Part shown: positions 1-12,610 of the stretch, piece by piece
Position numbering within the stretch: position 1 is the stretch's first letter
Layout: the number at the start of each line of letters is the position of its first letter
Source: Eledone cirrhosa
Lineage: Eukaryota
DNA: 64,000 bases
Direction: 5' to 3'
Assembly: GCA_964016885.1 (NCBI GenBank)
Contig: OZ024747.1
Coordinates: 35,836,001-35,900,000 of the forward strand
Made by a program: the position numbers and the translations under genes
The notes under the pieces: generated by a model
The model's database searches: none
Told to the model about the DNA's origin: nothing
What the model saw: only the letters and a program-made list of their open reading frames with translations

Positions 1-218
1 TATATATCAACATACACACACGTACACATATATGTATATATACATACACATATACACACATACACATATATATATACACACACACATAAAATACAGACAT
101 GCACATATATATATATATATATATATTTCATTACTCTTATATATACACATAGTATATATACATACACAACCTCACTTATACACATATACACATAAGTTAT
201 ATTACAATAATAATAAAG

Positions 219-271
<53 letters not shown>

Positions 272-392
272 TATACATACATATATATACATACACATAC
301 ATACATACACATACATACATACACCTAAATATATACATATATAAATACACACATACGAATAAAGACATATATTCACACATAGACACCTATAT

Positions 393-426
<34 letters not shown>

Positions 427-1975
427 CTATATACACACACATACACATACATACACATATATATATATATACACATACATACACACACACACAACCAGAC
501 ACACATACACACTCACATATATATATATATATATATATATATGTGTATGTGAGTGTGCGCAAATACATATATATATACACACACACATACAAACACACAC
601 AAACACATACATATGCATACGTGCACACACACACACATATATCACATAGATACGAAGATAAACATATAAATAGAGAGACATACAAATATATACAGAACCC
701 ATATACACATACATACAAACACGCATATACATATATATACATATATACACATATATATATTCCTATATACAAGCATACACATACACACACGTATATACAT
801 ATACATAGACATATACATACCACACATTCACATACACATACATATATAATACATATATATACATATATATACATACATATGTATGTACAATCATATATAC
901 ACACTCAATCTTACATTCATATTTACATGCTCATATATGTATTTTTATATTTAGAAATAAATACCAAAACCTATATAGACACGCATCTACACATATATTC
1001 ATACATATACGCTTACAAAAACAGATGATAATAGTATGGGGGAAAGGGGGGGTTTGGAGAAGGGGATCAAAGTAAATATATGTTTCAAGAAACATATAAT
1101 ATTTTCCATATCTTAATTCAATGTATGTTCTTACATATTTTCAGTGCTAGGAAATACGAAATCTATGCATCACAAAATAAAAAAGTATACCATTAATCAT
1201 ATGTTAACTAAACCAAAGATAGTCAACATATTGATTTCCAAGGTGTAAATTAGTTAGGTTTATAATATTTGAAGCAGAATTATGAAGTCAAACAGTAGTA
1301 GATTATTAATTACATTATAACTAAATTAAAGTTAATAATGTTATGGTATCAATATTAGGAGATGAATTTAGTAATAGGGAAAAGAAAACCCAAATAAAAA
1401 TAAAATAAAGTATTACATCGGTAGTAGCATATAAATTATATGTTAACTAAATTAAAAATTATATATTTATTTCAATAGTATACGTTAATTAGTATATGTT
1501 AATTAGGTATACAATACATAAAGCAGATATTGTATTTCATCAATAGCATAATATAATTATATGCAAATAAAAATCAAAATTAATACGCATACATATACAT
1601 ATACATACACATACACATATATATACATATACATACACATATATATATATATATATACATATATATACACATACATACATATATAGTCACATAAATATAT
1701 ACAGAAACACATACAACACACACATATACATATACATATAGATATACATATCTTTTTCAAAAAATTGCACAGAATATATTAATTAGGTATATATCCAAAA
1801 CACCTCCCATTCTATGATTACATAACATTCTGCAATTCGTCTGTACAAGGATACTAATTTTAAGCAAATTAAAATTAAAGTTTTAGGTTGATTAAAACTA
1901 AAACCAAATAATAAATATATTTCCAAAATGTATATTAATTAGGTCTATAATACTAAAAATTCTTTCTCCGTCATA
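1..1975 (-). repeat. Left arm of long inverted repeat (pairs with 3965-5937)
   Basis: Mirror ORFs in the track sum to 5940 (1557/4383, 543/5397) and to 5938 (32/5906), implying one 2-bp TA slip between arms. Confidence 0.97.
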
Positions 1976-1976
1976 A

Positions 1977-3686
1977 AAATTCTTTCTCCTACAGTTTGAT
2001 ATAGATAATTACTATTCTTCGATATCACCCATACTCCTGAACAAAGCATTAATATTTGCTAAAAATAGATCTAATTTAACTTCGGATGACATTAACATTA
2101 TTACACATGCTAGACAAACACTTATTGAATTTCAGAATGAATACTGGACCAGAAACACTTATAGTAATCTTTTTGATATTACTATGGGTTCAAGCGATTC
2201 TGCCCAAATTACTGATCTTGTGGGCCTCTTTCTCCTTTTCAACATAAATGCCTCTTTTCCCCACCTCAAAGGTGGTTTATATCGTGATGACTGTCTTCTT
2301 CTTTCTAACAACCTTAGCCTTTCAGAAATCGAAAAAAACAAAAAGCATATTAGAACTTTCCTTAAAGACTATTATAATCTTAATATTACTTTTGAAAAAA
2401 CAAGTAAAGTAGTAAATTTCCTAGATATAACTTTAGATTTAGCTACGGGTATATACCAACCTTACCATAAACCTAACCAAAACTTACATTACATACACTC
2501 ACAATCTAATCACCCTAAATCTATCCTTAAAAACCTTGCATATAATATATCACTTAGAATTTCTAACCTTTCTTCTAACCAAGATGTATTTGATAAAAAT
2601 GCGACCTTTTATAATGAAGCTCTAGATAGAAGTGGCCACAAAAATAGATTAGAGTATATACCTTCTACTAAAAATACTGAAAGCATACAGCATAATATTA
2701 CCAACAAACACCAAATGAAAAGTACACACCTAAATGCCACCCACAGTATACCCCAAAATACTAAATCTTCTAATATAAAGTATAGTAACCCTCAAAAAAC
2801 TACTCATCATACGACTATAATAAATATTAATAATAAAACTCCTAATAAAAAAGATAAAACGCCTAAATCTACAAATATAACTAAAAATAGTTGTGGTGAG
2901 ATCATTAACATTATTCCTCCTAGTAAAAATCATGATACAACATATAAAAATAATAAAAATAATAAACAACATAGAAACCGTAATAGACGAGTTACTTGGT
3001 ATAATGCTCCTTTTAATTTACAAGTTAAGGATAATATTGCTAAAAAATTTTTTTATATCCTTGAGAAAAACTTCCCGCCAAACCACAAATACCATCAAAT
3101 CTTAAATAGGTCTACAGTTAAATTCTCATATTCTACAACAAATAACATAAAACAAAATATAAGTGCATATAATGCATATAAATGTATGAAAACCATAAGT
3201 ATACCACCAGTACATCAAATTAACAATAATATCTCCTCAAATACAGAATTAACGAAAGGATGTAACTGTAGAAACAAAACAAACTGCCCATTAAAAGGGA
3301 ATTGTCTTGTTAACAACATAGTCTATAAATGTAATGTTAAAACTAAAGATTCTATTTGCTCATATATAGGAGCTACCTCTAACAATTTTAAGACAAGGTA
3401 TAATACCCACAAACATAGCTTTAAAAATGCCGCATTGGCTAATACAACATCTCTAGCAGAAAAAATCAATAGTTATAAAAATAAAAATATAAAATATGAT
3501 TTGACCTGGAGTGTGCTCAAAAGAGCCACCCCTTATCAAAATAATAGAAAGGAATGTAGATTATGTTCCCAAGAACTATTTGAAATAATGAAGTCTAGGG
3601 ATATCTTATTAAATAAAAGACAGGAATTAATTATATCGTGTAATCATAAACTAAAAAAAACATTTAAATATTATAAACCTAATTAA
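1977..3686 (+). CDS. 5'-truncated PLE polyprotein: reverse transcriptase, thumb, Cys-rich linker, GIY-YIG endonuclease
   Basis: The frame is open upstream of the track ATG (2184): LQFDIDNYYSSIS...FDITMGSSDSAQ, GLYRDD, FLDITL, SNHP, WYNAPF, CNCRNKTNCPLKGNC, IVY...YIGAT...FKTRYNTH, CRLC, LLNKRQE..SCNH. This motif set matches Naiad-clade PLEs. No stops or frameshifts. Confidence 0.93.
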   Translation, partial: KFFLLQFDIDNYYSSISPILLNKALIFAKNRSNLTSDDINIITHARQTLIEFQNEYWTRNTYSNLFDITMGSSDSAQITDLVGLFLLFNINASFPHLKGGLYRDDCLLLSNNLSLSEIEKNKKHIRTFLKDYYNLNITFEKTSKVVNFLDITLDLATGIYQPYHKPNQNLHYIHSQSNHPKSILKNLAYNISLRISNLSSNQDVFDKNATFYNEALDRSGHKNRLEYIPSTKNTESIQHNITNKHQMKSTHLNATHSIPQNTKSSNIKYSNPQKTTHHTTIININNKTPNKKDKTPKSTNITKNSCGEIINIIPPSKNHDTTYKNNKNNKQHRNRNRRVTWYNAPFNLQVKDNIAKKFFYILEKNFPPNHKYHQILNRSTVKFSYSTTNNIKQNISAYNAYKCMKTISIPPVHQINNNISSNTELTKGCNCRNKTNCPLKGNCLVNNIVYKCNVKTKDSICSYIGATSNNFKTRYNTHKHSFKNAALANTTSLAEKINSYKNKNIKYDLTWSVLKRATPYQNNRKECRLCSQELFEIMKSRDILLNKRQELIISCNHKLKKTFKYYKPN

Positions 3687-5513
3687 TAATATTATTCTAG
3701 AATTTAATTTAATTTAAATGTTAGTTAACCTATAAATTTAATTTAATTAATACTTTATTACAGATGAGAAAATATTATGTAATCATAAATTTTGAAAAAC
3801 CTTTAAATATTACTAATATATATTCAGTAATTTAATTTATAGATTAATTTTAACTTATTTTAACCTTTTATTATAATTTTTTAATTTAGTTTAACCTTTT
3901 ATTATAATTTTTTTTATTATAATTCTTTTACAGATAAAATATAACAAAATAATATCATGTATCCTATGACGGAGAAAGAATTTTTAGTATTATAGACCTA
4001 ATTAATATACATTTTGGAAATATATTTATTATTTGGTTTTAGTTTTAATCAACCTAAAACTTTAATTTTAATTTGCTTAAAATTAGTATCCTTGTACAGA
4101 CGAATTGCAGAATGTTATGTAATCATAGAATGGGAGGTGTTTTGGATATATACCTAATTAATATATTCTGTGCAATTTTTTGAAAAAGATATGTATATCT
4201 ATATGTATATGTATATGTGTGTGTTGTATGTGTTTCTGTATATATTTATGTGACTATATATGTATGTATGTGTATATATATGTATATATATATATATATA
4301 TGTGTATGTATATGTATATATATGTGTATGTGTATGTATATGTATATGTATGCGTATTAATTTTGATTTTTATTTGCATATAATTATATTATGCTATTGA
4401 TGAAATACAATATCTGCTTTATGTATTGTATACCTAATTAACATATACTAATTAACGTATACTATTGAAATAAATATATAATTTTTAATTTAGTTAACAT
4501 ATAATTTATATGCTACTACCGATGTAATACTTTATTTTATTTTTATTTGGGTTTTCTTTTCCCTATTACTAAATTCATCTCCTAATATTGATACCATAAC
4601 ATTATTAACTTTAATTTAGTTATAATGTAATTAATAATCTACTACTGTTTGACTTCATAATTCTGCTTCAAATATTATAAACCTAACTAATTTACACCTT
4701 GGAAATCAATATGTTGACTATCTTTGGTTTAGTTAACATATGATTAATGGTATACTTTTTTATTTTGTGATGCATAGATTTCGTATTTCCTAGCACTGAA
4801 AATATGTAAGAACATACATTGAATTAAGATATGGAAAATATTATATGTTTCTTGAAACATATATTTACTTTGATCCCCTTCTCCAAACCCCCCCTTTCCC
4901 CCATACTATTATCATCTGTTTTTGTAAGCGTATATGTATGAATATATGTGTAGATGCGTGTCTATATAGGTTTTGGTATTTATTTCTAAATATAAAAATA
5001 CATATATGAGCATGTAAATATGAATGTAAGATTGAGTGTGTATATATGATTGTACATACATATGTATGTATATATATGTATATATATGTATTATATATGT
5101 ATGTGTATGTGAATGTGTGGTATGTATATGTCTATGTATATGTATATACGTGTGTGTATGTGTATGCTTGTATATAGGAATATATATATGTGTATATATG
5201 TATATATATGTATATGCGTGTTTGTATGTATGTGTATATGGGTTCTGTATATATTTGTATGTCTCTCTATTTATATGTTTATCTTCGTATCTATGTGATA
5301 TATGTGTGTGTGTGTGCACGTATGCATATGTATGTGTTTGTGTGTGTTTGTATGTGTGTGTGTATATATATATGTATTTGCGCACACTCACATACACATA
5401 TATATATATATATATATATATATGTGAGTGTGTATGTGTGTCTGGTTGTGTGTGTGTGTATGTATGTGTATATATATATATATGTGTATGTATGTGTATG
5501 TGTGTGTATATAG

Positions 5514-5545
<32 letters not shown>

Positions 5546-5666
5546 ATATAGGTGTCTATGTGTGAATATATGTCTTTATTCGTATGTGTGTATTTATATA
5601 TGTATATATTTAGGTGTATGTATGTATGTGTATGTATGTATGTGTATGTATATATATGTATGTATA

Positions 5667-5719
<53 letters not shown>

Positions 5720-5928
5720 CTTTATTATTATTGTAATATAACTTATGTGTATATGTGTATAAGTGAGGTTGTGTATGTATATATACTATGTGTATATATA
5801 AGAGTAATGAAATATATATATATATATATATATGTGCATGTCTGTATTTTATGTGTGTGTGTATATATATATGTGTATGTGTGTATATGTGTATGTATAT
5901 ATACATATATGTGTACGTGTGTGTATGT

Positions 5929-5965
<37 letters not shown>

Positions 5966-6073
5966 TGGGTGTTTGTATGTGTTTTTATGGTGGTATGAGT
6001 GTGGGGATATATATGTTTGTATATGTGTATGTATATGTATGTATATATATATGAGTCTATGTGTGTGTGTATA

Positions 6074-6112
<39 letters not shown>

Positions 6113-6882
6113 ATGTGTGTATGTGTTGCGCGTGTGTGTGTGTGTATTTATATCTTTTTATATGTGTATGTGTATGTTCGTGTAAATGTATGTGTGTGTA
6201 TGACAGTATAGGTATGTGTGTATGTATGTATGTGTAGATATCTCTATGTGCGCGTACATGTATGTATGTGTATGTATATCTGTATGCGTATGTACATTAT
6301 ATTATATGTATTATATTTTATTGTTTTTATTTTTTTATTTTTCTTAATTTATAGATACATTTATATTAGGCTGTCTGGTCTGACAATCTAATACTGACCC
6401 CTCCCCCCCCCCTCCCACCTAATTTCTGTATCTTGATCTTGAAATGTGTGTACCAGTGTTTTTATGTGAGTGACTTAATTTCTATTTGCTTATGATTTTA
6501 TATCCACATATATAAATGTGAGTGGGGGAGTGTGTGTGTTTGTATGTTCGTGGTTATGTGTATATTTATACATATACGCACATGTATGTGTGATTATACT
6601 GATATGTGTGAGTATGAAAAAAATATATTTATATGCTTGACTCCATAAGTATCATTGCGTATCTTATCAGCGCATTAAGCTTACAGAGATATTAACCTTG
6701 AAATTTTGTATTTGCATCCATCTTTTTAGTATGCACATACAAATTATACACACATTATTGTAAAATATGTGTAAGGTTTTTACATGTATATACACACACC
6801 AAACTGCTTTTTAACCCTTTGTGTTTTCATTGGTCAATTTTGAACTGATATTTTGAATTGTTGTTATTATCAATAAATATAC

Positions 6883-7037
6883 TTCATTATTTCTGAAGAC
6901 GGCGTATATATGAGTTAGGTATGTATATTTAATCTTGATAATTTGTATAATTTTGTATAATTTTGTACATAGATCTGTTAAATATGCATACCAATTATAA
7001 CACATATATACCCTAGAAACGATCGTTAAATAGTGAA
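6883..7037 (+). ncRNA. Type I hammerhead ribozyme with ~116-nt stem II (family A)
   Basis: ttcattattt-CTGAAGA-[long hairpin incl. ggtatgtatatttaa/ttaaatatgcatacc]-GAAAC-gatc-GTT-aaatagtgaa. 10-bp stem I and palindromic stem III. Confidence 0.85.
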
Positions 7038-7082
7038 CTTTTTTTGTTTAATATAAGGAATTGTTTGTTCATTATTTGTTTA

Positions 7083-8140
<1,058 letters not shown>

Positions 8141-8248
8141 AGCACCCCAAACACTTAAATTGGGTTAATATTTTAATACAACCTAATGTTTGATGAGTGA
8201 GATGGTTACCAGTCAGAGTTTAGCTTTAAACTATCTCAGTTATTGCAT

Positions 8249-8482
<234 letters not shown>

Positions 8483-9014
8483 AAAAAGAGTTCCATGAAT
8501 TTTATTATGCGCATTTGAAAAACAAATATCATCCTGGGATGATATTTGCGTTCTCATCAGATAAAATAGTGAGACATGATATGAAGCTTAAACAACACTT
8601 TCCAGACGTGAATTGTTAAACAACATATGAAAAATAAAATAAGATGGATATATGAGATTCGGAAAAAAACGTATTAAAGGTTATCTTTCTCCCTCTCACT
8701 CATTTTCTCCTCCTCTCTCATCCTTCCTTCTTATACTCCTCCTCCGTCATCCTTTCCTTATTATTATATATTTTTTCTTATATTCTTTCTTCCTCTTCCT
8801 TACCTTTTTCTTAACCCCTTACTTTCCTTTTTTTCCCAATCTCATATATCGATTTTATTTTATTTTTCATATGTTGATTTAACACTTCACTGCTCGCAAG
8901 TGTTTTTTAAGCTTTATATCATGACTCCCTATTTTATCTGATGAGAACGCAAATATCATCCTATGAAGAAATTTGTTCTTGAAATGCGCATAATTAAATA
9001 AATGGAACTCTTTT
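8483..9014 (+). mobile_element. Fold-back pLTR element with ~185-bp inverted arms
   Basis: 8483-8668 is the reverse complement of ~8830-9014, and both arms carry the HHR motif. Confidence 0.8.
8931..8999 (+). ncRNA. Type I hammerhead ribozyme (AUA site)
   Basis: attttat-CTGATGA-[stem II]-GAAAT-gcgc-ATA-attaaat. The inverted copy gives a perfect stem I, attttat/ataaaat. Confidence 0.78.
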
Positions 9015-9121
9015 AACCATCTTTTGATCTTATATTATTTATACTCCAGTCCTATAAATTATTGAGTGCTACTTATCCGATATTTGCCTTATTGTGCTAC
9101 AATGAAACTCACCTCCTACAT

Positions 9122-9172
<51 letters not shown>

Positions 9173-9364
9173 TATGTATACGTACATACATATATGTGTA
9201 CAGAGGCACGGTAGTATGTATATATATATTAAAGCGATGGGGACGCAGAGAAACTCTTCGTAGGGCTGTTGGCAACACTGTTGTTATTGGTTCTTCCTTC
9301 ACTCACAAACAACCATGCGCGCGCTTCGCTGGGATGCTCAATCGTGGCTTGGCAGCCGTTGAGA

Positions 9365-9600
9365 ATGGAGCTCCCGTTGAACGCTACCGCCAATTGCGAG
9401 GTTTGCGCAGTTATTCGGTTTCTGAACGCAAAACGCGTTGAACCGATTGAAATTCATCGCCAATTGACGGAAGTGTATGGGCAGTCGTGAATGGATGTCA
9501 AAAACGTTCGCAAGTGGTGTAGAGAGTTTACAGCCGGTCGTTCTAAAATTCACGACAAACAAATGAGCGGGAGACCGTCAATTTCCGACGAGACAGTCGC
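9365..9600 (+). pseudogene. Mariner/Tc1 transposase N-terminal HTH fragment
   Basis: MELPLNATANCEVCAVIRFLNAKRVEPIEIHRQLTEVYGQS*MDVKNVRKWCREFTAGRSKIHDKQMSGRPS. Mos1-type HTH ending in GRP, with an internal stop. Confidence 0.88.
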
Positions 9601-9669
9601 AATTTTTCCATTAAAATCCTGTGGATGGTGATTCGAGAAACCTCAGGAACCAAAATGCAGAGAAAATTT

Positions 9670-9868
9670 TCAACAGTTGAAAATTGCAAATTAGACTGTC
9701 ACCACAGATTATGAACCTGAAGGTTGCGAAAGCATGAAAGTACTTGTTCAATTAACACTTAACATTTAATATTCTATCATACTATTTCTTTATAATACCA
9801 TTATAAATTTTAAACGATTGTAAATAAAACGAGTAAATCAGACAAAGTTGGAATTCCTCTTATTAATT
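9670..9868 (+). mobile_element. 3' end of Neptune-like PLE with HHR at 9712-9760
   Basis: Reverse complement of 51838-52030. tgaac-CTGAAGG-ttgcgaaagcat-GAAAG-ta-CTT-gttca (A9 mutated in this copy). Confidence 0.8.
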
Positions 9869-9941
9869 TATATATATATCTATATATAATAACTAGGAAT
9901 TGATCAACATATATATATAAATAAATATAAACATGAAAAAT

Positions 9942-9974
<33 letters not shown>

Positions 9975-9991
9975 CGTAATAATAATAAATG

Positions 9992-10202
9992 TGAAGACTA
10001 AATTACAAAGAGGGCTCGAAAATTATAAATATATATCAAATGTATTCATTAAAATAAAAGATTAAAGTTTAAGCAAATAATCGTTGCTTTCAAATATATA
10101 TTTATCCTTATATATTTATATATATTTATCCTTACATATTTATATTTATCCTTATCGATATATATTTATCCTTATCGAGCCCTCTTTGGATTTTAGTCTT
10201 AA
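9992..10202. mobile_element. Short fold-back of the 3' end of the Naiad family at 22168-23516
   Basis: Termini gaagactaaattacaaagagggctcga / tcgagccctctttggattttagtctt. Homologous to 22171-22290. Confidence 0.75.
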
Positions 10203-10210
10203 AATGTATG

Positions 10211-10393
10211 TGGATTGGCAGTATCGGTAGAGGGTCGGACGCCATGCTTTCCAGCATAGTTACGTCCCTTTACCATCTGAGTTCAAATCCCGCCGAGGTT
10301 GACTTTGCCTTTCATCCTTACGGGGTCGATAAAATAAAGTACCAGTAATGCACTGGTAATTGCTGGCCTTGTGCCTAAAGTAGAAACAATTAT

Positions 10394-10395
<2 letters not shown>
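10211..10395 (+). mobile_element. tRNA-derived SINE
   Basis: A box tggcagtatcgg, B box gttcaaatcc, conserved body tttgcctttcatccttacggggtcgataaaataaagtaccag, attatta tail. At least 6 copies in the window. Confidence 0.9.
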
Positions 10396-10454
<59 letters not shown>

Positions 10455-10456
<2 letters not shown>

Positions 10457-12205
10457 GGAAAAATTTGAACGGGAACAAAACAGAGAGGCAGTACAACGAA
10501 TGTTTATCAATTTCACGCTCTGGAGAGTGCGGTGGTGGTGGGGAACGACGTTTCGGGCATAAGCCCTTCCTCAGGTGAGAAGTGTGTGGGAACAGAGTTC
10601 AAAGGGTGTGTAGGGGAGTGGTGGAGAGACATATAGCGAAAGGAAATGGTGCGAATGAAATTATAAATAAAAATAAAAATAAAGCATGATCAAAATAAAA
10701 GGAATGAAATAAAAATAAATATAAAAGCATGATCAAAATAAACTGAAATTAAAAAGGGGTAAAACAGGTGGTGGAAGGGTGTGGGTGTGTAGGGGTGGTG
10801 GCGGGTGGAGTGGGAGAGGGAGACGGGGTGTCCGAGCGGGGAGGGCTGAAGGTGGTGTGTGTGTGTAGGTGTACGTGTGTGTGTGTGTGTGTGTGTATGT
10901 GAAAGTAAGGGTTGGGGGAAGAACGGGGTTGCATGTTCAGGAAGAGGTGTGTGTGGGTGTGTGTGGGGGGGGGGGGTCGGAGTGTCTGTGCGTCTGTGGA
11001 TAGAGGGGTGGGGGGAGAGGAATCAGCAGGCTGAGGGTGTAAATATGTGGTGGAAAGCACGTGTGTGTGGGGTTTAAGCGTGTTGTGGGTGTAGGTGTAG
11101 TGTGGCAGAAAAAAAACTTTTTTGGGTGTGTGGGTGAGTTATATAGGTGATTCCGTAAGAGGATGGTTGAAATGTTGGTAAATTCCTATGATGTTTAGTA
11201 GATTCCGTGGTGGTCAAGTTCCACATACGAGTATTCCATGAAGAGATGGTCGGAAGAGGAGAGATGTGGGGTGCGCGCGCAACAGGAAGTGGTCAAGCAG
11301 TGGGAGTGCTGTGTGTCTGTTTGTGCTGGGAGGTGGTCAGAGGGCATAGCAGCACTCAGGTGGAATGGTAAAGGGGCGAGGATGGGTAGGTGTGAAAGTT
11401 GGATTGAGGAGGGTGTGTGTGTATTAGTAGAGGTGTTAGTGGGATGAGTGAGTGTGGAGCGAGGGTGTGGGTGGAGCGGGGAGAGAAGGGTGTGTGTAGT
11501 TCTATGGAGGGAGTGTGGTGTACTGGTGTGTGTGTAGTTTGATGAAGGGGGTGTTAGTGTGTGTTAGTATACGGGAGGTGGGGAAAGGGTTGAATGCAGG
11601 TGTGAGTGGGGGTTAGTGGTGGTAGGGTGTGTAGAGTTGGTGGTGTACGAGGGTGTGTGGGTACGTGTGGGTGGGGTTGGGGGTGTTAGTGATGTTAGTT
11701 GCGTGTGGGGTGGGTGGTGTAAGTGGGTGTGTGTGTTCGTGTGCTTGGGGTCAGGGGGTGTTAGTGAGGTGAGTTGCGGGGTGGTGGGATGGAGGTGTGG
11801 GGGTGAGGGTTAGTGGTGGTAGTAGGGTGTGTGTTTAGTGTGAGCGCGAGTATATATGTGCCGGTGGGTGTGTGCGTGTGATAAGGATGGGGGGGAAGAA
11901 GCAGGGAGGGATGTTAGTATGTTAGTTGGGGAAGGGTGGTCGGATGAGGGGTGAATTGGAGGTGTTAGTATTGTTAGTTGTGGGATGGGCGGTGAAAAGG
12001 AGGGGTGTGTTAGTGGTGTTAGTGGGGGATAAGTGTGTGTGTGTGGGGGGGGGGGGTCGAAACCTAAAGGAATAAGGGTGGGGAGTTCAGGCCGGGGGGA
12101 GTGTGGGTCTGTAAGATGAAGATAGTTCTTTGTTCGACTCTAATGCGATTGGCGGGGGTTACGTGGCATTGGAGTAGGCCACAGACTGTGAGATGGCGTG
12201 CGGAA

Positions 12206-12208
<3 letters not shown>
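10455..12208 (-). mobile_element. Neptune-like PLE 3' fragment: GIY-YIG C-terminus + ~1.5 kb C/A-rich 3' UTR + minimal HHR (10547-10574)
   Basis: Minus frame HSARHLTVCGLLQCHVTPANRIRVEQRTIFILQTHTPPGLNSPPLFL* (12064-12207). CTGAGGA-agggcttatgccc-GAAAC-GTC. Flanked by (TA)n. Paralogue at 45225-46740. Confidence 0.85.
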
Positions 12209-12267
<59 letters not shown>

Positions 12268-12610
12268 TATATAAGAGATTATTGAAGTTTCCATGAAGCA
12301 TTGTGGAATAATAACAAATGTTTGTTTTGGAAGCCGCAACAATGCAGATGGGTAAATCTCTGGGTAACAGTATCAGGTGGTAACGAGAGGAGGATGTAAG
12401 AGCAAACGTAGATAGAGACGTAGAGAGCGTAAAGGAACGTAGGAAAAGTGTAAAATACAATAACACGAGATAGAGGTACCTTGGAAGTGATTTAATTCTC
12501 CCTGTATTTCGGATTTCGCATCCATCAAATGGGTTTTTTTCTGAGGCGGAAAAGTTATGTCAGAGAGGGACAACATGTGGCCTCTGTTGTTTACCGTGTG
12601 CGTACAACTG
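12268..12610 (-). mobile_element. Family E pLTR fragment
   Basis: Colinear with 53520-53860. Degenerate HHR ...gatggatgcgaaatccGAAAtacaggg. Confidence 0.8.

Noticed and set aside
32-1760. Many YI/CV/HT-repeat ORFs here and at 4180-6211, 14049-14657, 35737-36321, 38881-40319 and 58859-63933
   Set aside because: Translations of TA/CA/TG microsatellites, which lack stop codons by composition.
1977-3686. Selenoprotein-type Naiad (in-frame UGA plus SECIS)
   Set aside because: No in-frame TGA in the visible ORF, and the conserved positions are Cys or Thr. I could not fold a convincing SECIS, including in the long HHR stem II.
10211-10290. tRNA gene
   Set aside because: A and B boxes are present but there is no cloverleaf. 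It is the head of a multicopy SINE.
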